Assembly: GCF_003991155.1 (NCBI RefSeq)
Contig: NZ_CP031293.1
Strand: one strand, 5' to 3'
DNA: 64,000 nt
Origin: Escherichia coli
GTDB lineage: Bacteria > Pseudomonadota > Gammaproteobacteria > Enterobacterales > Enterobacteriaceae
In this document: positions 17,390 through 26,359 of the stretch, piece by piece
How the letters are laid out: each line of letters starts with the position of its first letter
How positions within the stretch are numbered: the first letter of the stretch is position 1
The notes under the pieces: model-generated
Told to the model about the DNA's origin: nothing
Database searches by the model: none
The model's input: the letters and a program-made list of their open reading frames with translations, nothing else
Translations under genes and position numbers: made by a program

Positions 17390-18100
17390 ATGAACGCTGA
17401 GCGTAAATTTCTTTTTGCCTGTCTTATTTTTGCGCTGGTCATTTACGCTATCCACGCTTTCGGTTTATTCGAGCTGCTCACCGATTTACCTCACTTACAG
17501 ACACTCATTCGCCAGAGCGGATTGTTCGGTTATAGCCTCTATATTCTGTTATTCATCATTGCCACCCTCTTTCTGTTGCCAGGAAGCATACTGGTGATCG
17601 CTGGAGGGATAGTTTTTGGCCCGCTCTTAGGGACACTACTATCATTAATTGCCGCCACGCTGGCCTCCTCGTGCTCATTCCTGCTGGCGCGCTGGCTGGG
17701 ACGTGATTTACTGCTGAAATACGTTGGTCATAGCCATACCTTTCAGTCCATTGAAAAAGGCATTGCGCGTAACGGTATTGATTTTCTTATTCTGACCCGC
17801 TTAATCCCGTTGTTTCCTTACAATATTCAAAATTACGCTTACGGATTAACCACAATCGCCTTCTGGCCTTATACCCTTATTTCGGCACTCACGACCCTGC
17901 CCGGTATTGTTATTTATACCGTGATGGCAAGCGATCTCGCCAATGAAGGCATTACGCTGCGCTTTATTTTACAACTCTGTCTGGCGGGCCTGGCGCTGTT
18001 TATTCTCGTCCAGCTCGCAAAACTCTACGCTCGACACAAACATGTGGATCTGTCTGCTTCTCGCCGCAGCCCACTTTCTCACCCAAAAAATGAAGGATAG
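17390..18100 (+). CDS. ydjX: DedA/TVP38-family inner membrane protein
   Basis: Start at MNAERKFLFACL..., 236 aa, multi-TM. Confidence 0.8.
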   Translation: MNAERKFLFACLIFALVIYAIHAFGLFELLTDLPHLQTLIRQSGLFGYSLYILLFIIATLFLLPGSILVIAGGIVFGPLLGTLLSLIAATLASSCSFLLARWLGRDLLLKYVGHSHTFQSIEKGIARNGIDFLILTRLIPLFPYNIQNYAYGLTTIAFWPYTLISALTTLPGIVIYTVMASDLANEGITLRFILQLCLAGLALFILVQLAKLYARHKHVDLSASRRSPLSHPKNEG

Positions 18101-18104
18101 AACA

Positions 18105-18782
18105 ATGTTGCAACATTATTCAGTGTCATGGAAAAAAGGACTGACTGCACTCTGCTTACTGGCTGTTGCTGGGCTTAGCGGCTGCGATCAAAAAGAGAAT
18201 GCGGCGGCAAAAGTGGAATACGACGAACTTTCGAACAGCCAACCGCTGCGTGTCGATGCTAATAACCATACGGTAACCATGCTGGTGCAAATTAATGGTC
18301 GTTTCCTCACCGACGACACTCGTCACGGTATTGTGTTTAAAGATGGCTCCAACGGACATAAATCGCTGTTTATGGGTTATGCGACCCCGAAAGCATTTTA
18401 TGAAGCCCTGAAAGAGGCAGGTGGTACGCCGGGCGAAAACATGACGATGGATAATAAAGAAACGACTCATGTCACAGGCAGCAAACTGGATATTTCGGTC
18501 AACTGGCAAGGGGCGGCAAAAGCGTATTCCTTCGATGAAGTGATTGTTGACAGTAATGGCAAGAAACTGGACATGCGCTTTGGCGGTAATTTAACGGCAG
18601 CAGAAGAGAAGAAAACGGGTTGCCTGGTGTGTCTGGATAGCTGCCCGGTCGGCATCGTCAGCAATGCAACATACACTTATGGTGCGGTGGAAAAACGCGG
18701 CGAAGTGAAATTCAAAGGCAATGCCTCAGTTCTCCCGGCGGATAACACGCTGGCAACGGTTACCTTTAAAATCACCGAATAA
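18105..18782 (+). CDS. ydjY: putative lipoprotein YdjY
   Basis: Start at MLQHYSVSWKK...; lipobox LSGC; C-terminal CLVCLDSCP cysteine cluster; 225 aa. Confidence 0.8.
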   Translation: MLQHYSVSWKKGLTALCLLAVAGLSGCDQKENAAAKVEYDELSNSQPLRVDANNHTVTMLVQINGRFLTDDTRHGIVFKDGSNGHKSLFMGYATPKAFYEALKEAGGTPGENMTMDNKETTHVTGSKLDISVNWQGAAKAYSFDEVIVDSNGKKLDMRFGGNLTAAEEKKTGCLVCLDSCPVGIVSNATYTYGAVEKRGEVKFKGNASVLPADNTLATVTFKITE

Positions 18783-18796
18783 AGCCAGGATAAAGG

Positions 18797-19504
18797 ATGA
18801 TGAAGATGCAATCGCGAAAAATCTGGTACTACCGTATAACCCTCATCATCCTGTTGTTCGCTATGCTGCTGGCATGGGCGCTGCTTCCCGGCGTCCATGA
18901 GTTTATCAATCGCAGCGTTGCGGCGTTTGCCGCCGTGGACCAACAGGGTATAGAACGCTTTATTCAGTCTTACGGCGCACTGGCGGCAGTTGTCTCGTTC
19001 TTGTTGATGATTTTACAGGCCATTGCTGCACCGCTACCTGCGTTTTTGATCACCTTTGCCAATGCGTCGCTGTTTGGCGCGTTCTGGGGGGGATTGCTGT
19101 CGTGGACCAGTTCGATGGCCGGCGCGGCGCTGTGCTTTTTTATCGCCAGAGTGATGGGCCGCGAAGTGGTGGAAAAATTAACCGGCAAAACCGTACTTGA
19201 CAGTATGGACGGCTTTTTCACTCGCTACGGCAAACACACCATCCTGGTATGTCGGTTATTGCCTTTTGTGCCTTTTGATCCCGTAAGCTATGCTGCCGGT
19301 TTGACTTCAATACGTTTTCGCTCGTTTTTTATCGCCACCGGGCTTGGTCAGTTACCGGCGACTATTGTTTATTCTTGGGCGGGCAGCATGTTAACAGGCG
19401 GTACCTTCTGGTTTGTCACCGGACTGTTTATTCTGTTTGCCCTGACCGTGGTGATTTTTATGGCGAAGAAAATATGGCTTGAGCGCCAGAAGAGGAATGC
19501 CTGA
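18797..19504 (+). CDS. ydjZ: DedA/TVP38-family inner membrane protein
   Basis: 235-aa multi-TM ORF, paralogous to ydjX. Confidence 0.8.
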   Translation: MMKMQSRKIWYYRITLIILLFAMLLAWALLPGVHEFINRSVAAFAAVDQQGIERFIQSYGALAAVVSFLLMILQAIAAPLPAFLITFANASLFGAFWGGLLSWTSSMAGAALCFFIARVMGREVVEKLTGKTVLDSMDGFFTRYGKHTILVCRLLPFVPFDPVSYAAGLTSIRFRSFFIATGLGQLPATIVYSWAGSMLTGGTFWFVTGLFILFALTVVIFMAKKIWLERQKRNA

Positions 19505-20052
19505 TGGGTTTACCGCCGCTTAGCAAAATTCCTTTCATTTTACGTCCGCAGGCGTGGCTGCATCGTCGCCATTACGGCGAGGTGCTAAGCCCGATTCGCT
19601 GGTGGGGGCGGATCCCGTTTATCTTTTATCTGGTGTCGATGTTTGTCGGCTGGCTGGAGCGCAAACGCTCACCGCTCGATCCGGTAGTGCGATCGCTTGT
19701 CAGCGCGCGCATTGCGCAAATGTGCCTGTGTGAGTTTTGCGTGGATATCACCAGTATGAAAGTCGCCGAGCGTACCGGCAGCACCGATAAACTGCTGGCA
19801 GTGGCTGACTGGCGGCAAAGCCCGCTCTTTAGCGATGAAGAACGGCTGGCGCTGGAGTACGCCGAAGCCGCAAGCGTCACACCGCCAACGGTCGATGATG
19901 CCCTGCGTACCCGACTGGCTACCCATTTTGACGCTCAGGCACTCACCGAACTGACGGCATTGATCGGCCTGCAAAACCTGTCAGCCCGTTTTAATTCTGC
20001 CATGGACATTCCCGCTCAGGGGCTGTGCCGTATTCCTGACAAACGTTCTTAA
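19504..20052 (+). CDS. ynjA: carboxymuconolactone decarboxylase (AhpD-like) family protein
   Basis: 182-aa ORF; ATGA overlap with ydjZ stop. Confidence 0.8.
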   Translation: MGLPPLSKIPFILRPQAWLHRRHYGEVLSPIRWWGRIPFIFYLVSMFVGWLERKRSPLDPVVRSLVSARIAQMCLCEFCVDITSMKVAERTGSTDKLLAVADWRQSPLFSDEERLALEYAEAASVTPPTVDDALRTRLATHFDAQALTELTALIGLQNLSARFNSAMDIPAQGLCRIPDKRS

Positions 20053-20061
20053 GGAGAGATG

Positions 20062-21228
20062 ATGCGCCATTGTGTATGGTTGCTGGGATTGTTATCGCTG
20101 TTTTCTTTGGCAACACATGCCAGTGACTGGCAGGAAATTAAAAATGAGGCCAAAGGGCAAACCGTCTGGTTTAACGCCTGGGGCGGCGATACCGCAATTA
20201 ACCGCTATCTCGACTGGGTTAGCGGCGAGATGAAAACCCATTACGCTATAAACCTGAAGATTGTTCGTCTCGCGGATGCCGCAGACGCGGTGAAGCGCAT
20301 TCAGACCGAAGCTGCTGCCGGGCGCAAAACAGGCGGTTCGGTGGATCTGCTCTGGGTGAACGGCGAAAACTTCCGCACCTTAAAAGAGGCTAATTTACTG
20401 CAAACTGACTGGGCGGAGACCCTGCCCAACTGGCGCTATGTCGACACACAGCTGCCGGTGCGGGAAGATTTTTCAGTGCCTACAGAAGGGGCAGAATCAC
20501 CCTGGGGCGGCGCGCAATTGACGTTTATCGCCCGCCGCGATGTTACGCCACAGCCACCACAAACGCCGCAAGCCTTACTGGAGTTTGCTAAAGCCAATCC
20601 CGGCACGGTTACCTATCCGCGCCCACCGGACTTTACCGGCACGGCGTTTCTTGAACAGTTGCTGATTATGCTGACGCCCGATCCCGCAGCATTAAAAGAA
20701 GCGCCGGACGATGCAACTTTCGCCCGTGTCACTGCTCCCTTGTGGCAATATCTTGATGCGCTACATCCGTATTTGTGGCGCGAAGGAAAGGATTTCCCGC
20801 CTTCGCCCGCGCGGATGGATGCTCTGCTGAAAGCCGGCACATTGCGCCTGTCGCTGACCTTTAACCCCGCGCATGCGCAGCAAAAAATCGCCAGCGGCGA
20901 TTTACCCGCCAGCAGTTACAGTTTTGGCTTTCGCGAGGGGATGATTGGCAACGTGCATTTCGTCACCATTCCTGCCAACGCGAATGCCAGTGCTGCGGCG
21001 AAGGTAGTTGCCAATTTCCTGCTCTCACCCGATGCGCAACTGCGTAAAGCAGATCCCACTGTCTGGGGCGATCCTTCTGTTCTCGATCCGCAAAAACTGC
21101 CTGACGGGCAGCGCGAAACATTGCAATCGAGAATGCCGCAGGATCTGCCGCCGGTACTGGCTGAACCGCACGCAGGTTGGGTAAATGCGCTGGAACAAGA
21201 ATGGCTACACCGTTACGGTACGCATTAA
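20062..21228 (+). CDS. ynjB: ABC transporter periplasmic substrate-binding protein
   Basis: Signal peptide then soluble domain; start at second Met giving 388 aa. Confidence 0.8.
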   Translation: MRHCVWLLGLLSLFSLATHASDWQEIKNEAKGQTVWFNAWGGDTAINRYLDWVSGEMKTHYAINLKIVRLADAADAVKRIQTEAAAGRKTGGSVDLLWVNGENFRTLKEANLLQTDWAETLPNWRYVDTQLPVREDFSVPTEGAESPWGGAQLTFIARRDVTPQPPQTPQALLEFAKANPGTVTYPRPPDFTGTAFLEQLLIMLTPDPAALKEAPDDATFARVTAPLWQYLDALHPYLWREGKDFPPSPARMDALLKAGTLRLSLTFNPAHAQQKIASGDLPASSYSFGFREGMIGNVHFVTIPANANASAAAKVVANFLLSPDAQLRKADPTVWGDPSVLDPQKLPDGQRETLQSRMPQDLPPVLAEPHAGWVNALEQEWLHRYGTH

Positions 21229-22736
21229 TCTTTTTGCTGTGGGCGATGGTGGCGGTGATTTATGCACCGCTGATCCCGGCAACTCTCACGCTGATATCGC
21301 CTGCTTTATCGTTGACACACTGGCAGGCGTTATTTGCCGATCCACAGTTACCGCAGGCATTACTGGCAACGCTGGTGTCGACAACCATCGCGGCGGTCGG
21401 GGCGTTGTTGATTGCCCTGCTGGTGATTGTGGCGCTGTGGCCTGGGCCGAAATGGCAGCGTATGTGCGCCCGTCTGCCGTGGCTGCTCGCCATTCCCCAT
21501 GTGGCTTTTGCCACCAGCACCCTTCTGCTCTTTGCTGACGGAGGGCTGCTTTATGACTATTTCCCATATTTCACTCCGCCAATGGACAAATTGGGTATTG
21601 GGCTGGGCTTCACGCTGGCGGTGAAAGAAAGCGCATTTCTATTGTGGATCTTAGCGGCAGTATTGAGCGAAAAACGGCTGTTGCAGCAACTCATTGTGCT
21701 GGATTCGCTGGGCTACAGCCGCTGGCAATGCCTGAACTGGCTGCTGTTGCCCTCCGTCGCGCCTGCGCTGGCAATGGCGATGCTGGCGATTGTGGCCTGG
21801 TCGCTGTCGGTCGTGGATGTGGCGATTATTCTTGGGCCAGGTAATCCCCCGACGCTGGCAGTAATTAGCTGGCAGTGGTTAACTCAGGGCGACGCCGATC
21901 AACAAACGAAAGGCGCACTCGCCAGCCTGCTGCTGATGCTGTTACTCGCCGCCTACGTTTTGCTGGACTATCTGCTATGGCGTGGCTGGCGGCGTACTAT
22001 TCCCCGCGTAGATGGCGTTCGTAAGCCTGCCACGCCTTTATTGCCAGGCAATACGCTGGCGAGTTTTTTACCCTTAACCGGTGTGCTGTGTGTGGTTCTG
22101 CTGGCGATCCTCGCGGATCAGTCGACGATCAATAGTGAAGCGCTCATCAACAGCCTGACAATGGGGCCGGTGGCGACATTCATCGCTTTGCTCCTGTTAC
22201 TGCTGTGGCTGGAATGGGGGCCACAGCGTCGCCAATTGTGGCTATGGTTGCCTATTTTATTACCCGCTCTGCCGCTGGTGGCGGGCCAGTACACGCTGGC
22301 GCTATGGCTGAACCTGGATGGAAGCTGGACGGCGGTGGTCTGGGGGCATCTGCTGTGGGTAATGCCGTGGATGCTGTTTATCCTGCAACCCGCCTGGCAG
22401 CGCATTGATTCACGGTTAATTTTGATTGCGCAAACACTGGGCTGGTCGCGGGCCAAAATCTTCTTTTACGTAAAATGCCCACTCATGTTGCGCCCTGCGT
22501 TGATTGCCTTCGCGGTGGGATTTTCAGTCAGTATTGCGCAGTATATGCCGACGCTGTGGCTGGGCGCGGGGCGTTTTCCGACGCTCACCACTGAAGCGGT
22601 GGCATTAAGCAGCGGCGGCAGCAACGGCATTCTCGCCGCCCAGGCTTTATGGCAACTACTGTTGCCGCTTATTATTTTTGCCCTGACCGCGTTAGTCGCA
22701 AAATGGGTAGGTTATGTCAGACAAGGACTCCGCTAA
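21201..22736 (+). CDS. ynjC: ABC transporter permease (duplicated transmembrane domains)
   Basis: Very hydrophobic 511-aa product; start at MATPLRYALIFLL overlapping ynjB 3' end. Confidence 0.75.
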   Translation: MATPLRYALIFLLWAMVAVIYAPLIPATLTLISPALSLTHWQALFADPQLPQALLATLVSTTIAAVGALLIALLVIVALWPGPKWQRMCARLPWLLAIPHVAFATSTLLLFADGGLLYDYFPYFTPPMDKLGIGLGFTLAVKESAFLLWILAAVLSEKRLLQQLIVLDSLGYSRWQCLNWLLLPSVAPALAMAMLAIVAWSLSVVDVAIILGPGNPPTLAVISWQWLTQGDADQQTKGALASLLLMLLLAAYVLLDYLLWRGWRRTIPRVDGVRKPATPLLPGNTLASFLPLTGVLCVVLLAILADQSTINSEALINSLTMGPVATFIALLLLLLWLEWGPQRRQLWLWLPILLPALPLVAGQYTLALWLNLDGSWTAVVWGHLLWVMPWMLFILQPAWQRIDSRLILIAQTLGWSRAKIFFYVKCPLMLRPALIAFAVGFSVSIAQYMPTLWLGAGRFPTLTTEAVALSSGGSNGILAAQALWQLLLPLIIFALTALVAKWVGYVRQGLR

Positions 22737-23389
22737 TGCTCTGCGTGAAAAATGTTTCGCTACGTTTACCAGAAAGCCGCTTGCTGACAAACGTTAACTT
22801 TACGGTGGATAAAGGTGACATTGTCACGTTAATGGGGCCGTCTGGCTGTGGAAAATCTACACTGTTTTCATGGATGATTGGTGCGCTGGCCGGACAGTTT
22901 TCTTGTACAGGTGAGCTATGGCTCAATGAGCAACGGATTGACATGCTACCCACCGCACAGCGTCAGATTGGCATTCTTTTCCAGGATGCACTGTTATTTG
23001 ACCAATTCAGCGTCGGGCAAAATTTACTGCTGGCTCTGCCAGCGGCACTCAAAGGTGTTGCAAGGCGCGATGCGGTAAATGATGCGCTGGAGCGTGCGGG
23101 GCTTGGCGGTATGTTCCATCAGGATCCTGCCACTTTGTCTGGCGGTCAGCGAGCGCGCGTTGCTCTAGTACGCGCCCTTCTCGCTCAGCCAAAAGCGTTG
23201 CTACTGGATGAGCCATTCAGCCGTCTTGATGTAGCTCTGCGCGATAATTTTCGCCAGTGGGTGTTCAGCGAAGTTCGCGCCCAGGCGATCCCAGTCGTTC
23301 AGGTAACGCACGATCTCCAGGATGTTCCTGCTGATAGCCCCGTTCTGGATATGGCGCAGTGGTCAGAAAATTACAACAAACTGCGATAA
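22736..23389 (+). CDS. ynjD: ABC transporter ATP-binding protein
   Basis: Walker A GPSGCGKST, signature LSGGQRARV, Walker B LLLDEPF; start at MLCVKNVSLRL (217 aa), 1-nt overlap with ynjC stop. Confidence 0.85.
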   Translation: MLCVKNVSLRLPESRLLTNVNFTVDKGDIVTLMGPSGCGKSTLFSWMIGALAGQFSCTGELWLNEQRIDMLPTAQRQIGILFQDALLFDQFSVGQNLLLALPAALKGVARRDAVNDALERAGLGGMFHQDPATLSGGQRARVALVRALLAQPKALLLDEPFSRLDVALRDNFRQWVFSEVRAQAIPVVQVTHDLQDVPADSPVLDMAQWSENYNKLR

Positions 23390-23455
23390 CGCAAAGTTTT
23401 TCTCAATGCGTCAGTTCAGAATGGCGCTCTCAAAAATACAATGTCGGGATTTTCG

Positions 23456-24763
23456 ATGAAACGTGTTTCTCAAATGACCGCGCTGGCAATGGCTTTAGGG
23501 CTGGCTTGCGCTTCTTCGTGGGCCGCTGAACTGGCGAAGCCTCTTACACTTGACCAGCTTCAACAACAAAATGGCAAAGCGATTGATACTCGCCCCAGCG
23601 CGTTTTATAACGGCTGGCCACAAACCTTAAATGGCCCTTCCGGTCATGAACCTGCCGCCTTAAACCTCTCTGCTAGCTGGCTCGACAAAATGAGCACCGA
23701 ACAGCTCAACGAGTGGATCAAGCAACATAACCTGAAAGCCGATGCCCCGGTGGCGCTGTACGGTAATGACAAAGATGTCGATGCCGTCAAAACGCGTCTG
23801 CAAAAAGCAGGTTTTACGCATATCTCCATCCTGAGTGACGCGCTAAGCGAACCTTCCCGTCTGCAAAAACTGCCGCACTTTGAGCAGCTGGTTTATCCGC
23901 AATGGCTGCATGACCTGCAACAAGGTAAAGAGGTTACGGCGAAACCTGCCGGTGACTGGAAAGTCATTGAAGCGGCCTGGGGCGCTCCTAAGCTTTACCT
24001 TATCAGCCATATTCCCGGCGCTGACTACATCGACACCAACGAAGTGGAAAGCGAACCGCTGTGGAACAAAGTTTCTGATGAACAACTGAAAGCGATGCTG
24101 GCAAAACACGGCATTCGCCATGACACCACGGTCATTCTGTACGGGCGTGACGTATACGCTGCAGCGCGTGTGGCGCAAATTATGCTTTATGCCGGCGTGA
24201 AAGATGTGCGCCTGCTGGACGGAGGCTGGCAAACCTGGTCCGACGCGGGTCTGCCCGTTGAGCGCGGTACGCCACCGAAAGTGAAAGCGGAACCGGATTT
24301 CGGCGTGAAGATCCCGGCACAACCGCAACTGATGCTTGATATGGAACAAGCGCGTGGACTGCTGCATCGCCAGGATGCATCGCTGGTGAGTATTCGTTCG
24401 TGGCCGGAGTTTATCGGTACGACCAGTGGTTACAGCTATATTAAACCAAAAGGTGAAATAGCCGGAGCACGTTGGGGACACGCTGGTAGCGACTCGACGC
24501 ATATGGAAGATTTCCATAACCCGGATGGCACCATGCGTAGCGCCGATGATATTACCGCTATGTGGAAAGCATGGAATATCAAGCCAGATCAGCAAGTTTC
24601 ATTCTACTGCGGCACCGGCTGGCGCGCGTCCGAAACCTTTATGTACGCACGCGCAATGGGCTGGAATAACGTCTCCGTTTACGACGGCGGCTGGTACGAA
24701 TGGAGCAGCGATCCAAAAAATCCGGTAGCAACCGGTGAACGCGGCCCGGACAGCAGCAAATAA
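23456..24763 (+). CDS. ynjE: thiosulfate sulfurtransferase (multi-rhodanese-domain, periplasmic)
   Basis: Start at MKRVSQMTALAMALG (signal peptide), 435 aa. Confidence 0.85.
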   Translation: MKRVSQMTALAMALGLACASSWAAELAKPLTLDQLQQQNGKAIDTRPSAFYNGWPQTLNGPSGHEPAALNLSASWLDKMSTEQLNEWIKQHNLKADAPVALYGNDKDVDAVKTRLQKAGFTHISILSDALSEPSRLQKLPHFEQLVYPQWLHDLQQGKEVTAKPAGDWKVIEAAWGAPKLYLISHIPGADYIDTNEVESEPLWNKVSDEQLKAMLAKHGIRHDTTVILYGRDVYAAARVAQIMLYAGVKDVRLLDGGWQTWSDAGLPVERGTPPKVKAEPDFGVKIPAQPQLMLDMEQARGLLHRQDASLVSIRSWPEFIGTTSGYSYIKPKGEIAGARWGHAGSDSTHMEDFHNPDGTMRSADDITAMWKAWNIKPDQQVSFYCGTGWRASETFMYARAMGWNNVSVYDGGWYEWSSDPKNPVATGERGPDSSK

Positions 24764-24771
24764 CATTGCAA

Positions 24772-25398
24772 TTACTGACGCTGGAGCGACTTCAGCGTCA
24801 GATACCCACTCCACACCCGCGTAAAGGTCGTCATCCAGCACAACGCACCAAATACCCACGCAAACCACGGAAAACAGGCCGGAAAGAGGCAACTCAGAAC
24901 AAACAGCAAAATCGTCTCGCTGCCTTCGGTTAACCCGCCCAGATAATAAAACGATTTATGCGCATAACCAGGATTATCAATCTGATGTTTCGCCGCCAGC
25001 GCAGCAAAAGCGAGAAAACTGCTGCCCGTGCCGATAAACGCAAACAGCAGCCAGCCGCCTGCCAGCGCATTTTGCTCCGGTGCAGCAAGAATAAAACCAA
25101 ACGGCACCAGCGCGTAAAAGAGAAAATCGAGAGAAATATCGAGAAAGCCGCCCGCGTCGGTAAGCCCTCTGCGCCGCGCCAGCGCACCGTCCAGACCATC
25201 AAGCAGCCTGTTCAACAAAATGGCGACTAGCGCCGCCAGATACCAGCCCAGCGCCAGAAAAGGCAGTGCCAGCACGCCGATGGCAAATCCCACTAATGTT
25301 AAACCATCTGGCGTAATGCCCGGTTTATCAAGAACCCGCACGCACTGATGCAACAACGGTTTAATCCGGGGATGAAGATGGCGGTCTAGCACAGGCAC
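24772..25398 (-). CDS. ynjF: CDP-alcohol phosphatidyltransferase family membrane protein
   Basis: DG-x2-AR-x8-G-x3-D-x3-D-like motif (LDGLDGALARRRGLTDAGG); exact start uncertain (ATG 25398 or GTG 25392). Confidence 0.8.
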   Translation of the reverse strand: MPVLDRHLHPRIKPLLHQCVRVLDKPGITPDGLTLVGFAIGVLALPFLALGWYLAALVAILLNRLLDGLDGALARRRGLTDAGGFLDISLDFLFYALVPFGFILAAPEQNALAGGWLLFAFIGTGSSFLAFAALAAKHQIDNPGYAHKSFYYLGGLTEGSETILLFVLSCLFPACFPWFAWVFGALCWMTTFTRVWSGYLTLKSLQRQ

Positions 25399-25478
25399 TC
25401 CTTAAATATAAAGCCTTTCTGATTGAGCAACAGTGCGGATATTATGGCATTTTTCGCTTATCTGCCCGTGTGTAATTT

Positions 25479-25886
25479 ATGAAAATGATTGAAGTTGTTG
25501 CCGCCATCATCGAACGTGATGGCAAAATTTTACTCGCGCAACGCCCCGCCCATAGCGATCAGGCGGGATTATGGGAGTTTGCCGGTGGTAAAGTCGAGCC
25601 GGATGAAAACCAGCGGCAGGCGCTGGTGCGTGAGTTACGCGAAGAACTGGGCATCGAAGCAGCTGTGGGTGAATATGTTGCCAGCCATCAGCGAGAAGTT
25701 TCGGGGCGGATTATCCATCTTCATGCCTGGCACGTACCCGACTTCCACGGGACGTTACAGGCACATGAACATCAGGCGCTGGTCTGGTGCTCACCTGAAG
25801 AGGCGCTGCAATATCCGCTGGCCCCTGCTGACATTCCACTATTAGAGGCATTTATGGCTTTACGCGCCGCCAGACCAGCGGATTAG
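25479..25886 (+). CDS. nudG: Nudix CTP/dCTP pyrophosphohydrolase
   Basis: 135-aa ORF with Nudix box GGKVEPDENQRQALVRELREELGI. Confidence 0.9.
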   Translation: MKMIEVVAAIIERDGKILLAQRPAHSDQAGLWEFAGGKVEPDENQRQALVRELREELGIEAAVGEYVASHQREVSGRIIHLHAWHVPDFHGTLQAHEHQALVWCSPEEALQYPLAPADIPLLEAFMALRAARPAD

Positions 25887-26124
25887 TGCTAAGGGTTTTG
25901 TCATCACGCTGGCATTGCAGCAGTATTCCCTCGGCTTTAATTACCGCTCCTTCAGAATAATTTTTATCCTGATAAACGCAGCACTGAGTACAGGGCTGCG
26001 CTGACTGCCCGCCTGAACTGAACACTTCTGGCGGTACGTTTACCTCCACGTCCGGATGATAATGCGGGTTAGCCAGTGCAATTAATGGAAATGCTAATAC
26101 TACGGCGAACAATGCTCGACTCAC
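25852..26124 (-). CDS. ynjH: DUF1496 secreted protein
   Basis: 90-aa ORF with signal peptide; 3' end overlaps nudG 3' end. Confidence 0.75.
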   Translation of the reverse strand: MSRALFAVVLAFPLIALANPHYHPDVEVNVPPEVFSSGGQSAQPCTQCCVYQDKNYSEGAVIKAEGILLQCQRDDKTLSTNPLVWRRVKP

Positions 26125-26359
26125 AGGGAACTCCTTAACGTTATTGTCTCTGCTACTAATAACGGTAGCCGGGCGGCATAACTTTAGCGTCTGAGTTATC
26201 GCATTTGGTTATGAGATTACTCTCGTTATTAATTTGCTTTCCTGGGTCATTTTTTTCTTGCTTACCGTCACATTCTTGATGGTATAGTCGAAAACTGCAA
26301 AAGCACATGACATAAACAACATAAGCACAATCGTATTAATATATAAGGGTTTTATATCT

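Noticed and set aside
21185-21844. Several 60-120 aa ORFs in alternative frames
   Set aside because: All lie inside the GC-rich ynjC permease gene, in alternative frames.
23843-24595. 250-aa minus-strand ORF
   Set aside because: Antisense inside ynjE; no start context; typical GC-rich shadow frame.
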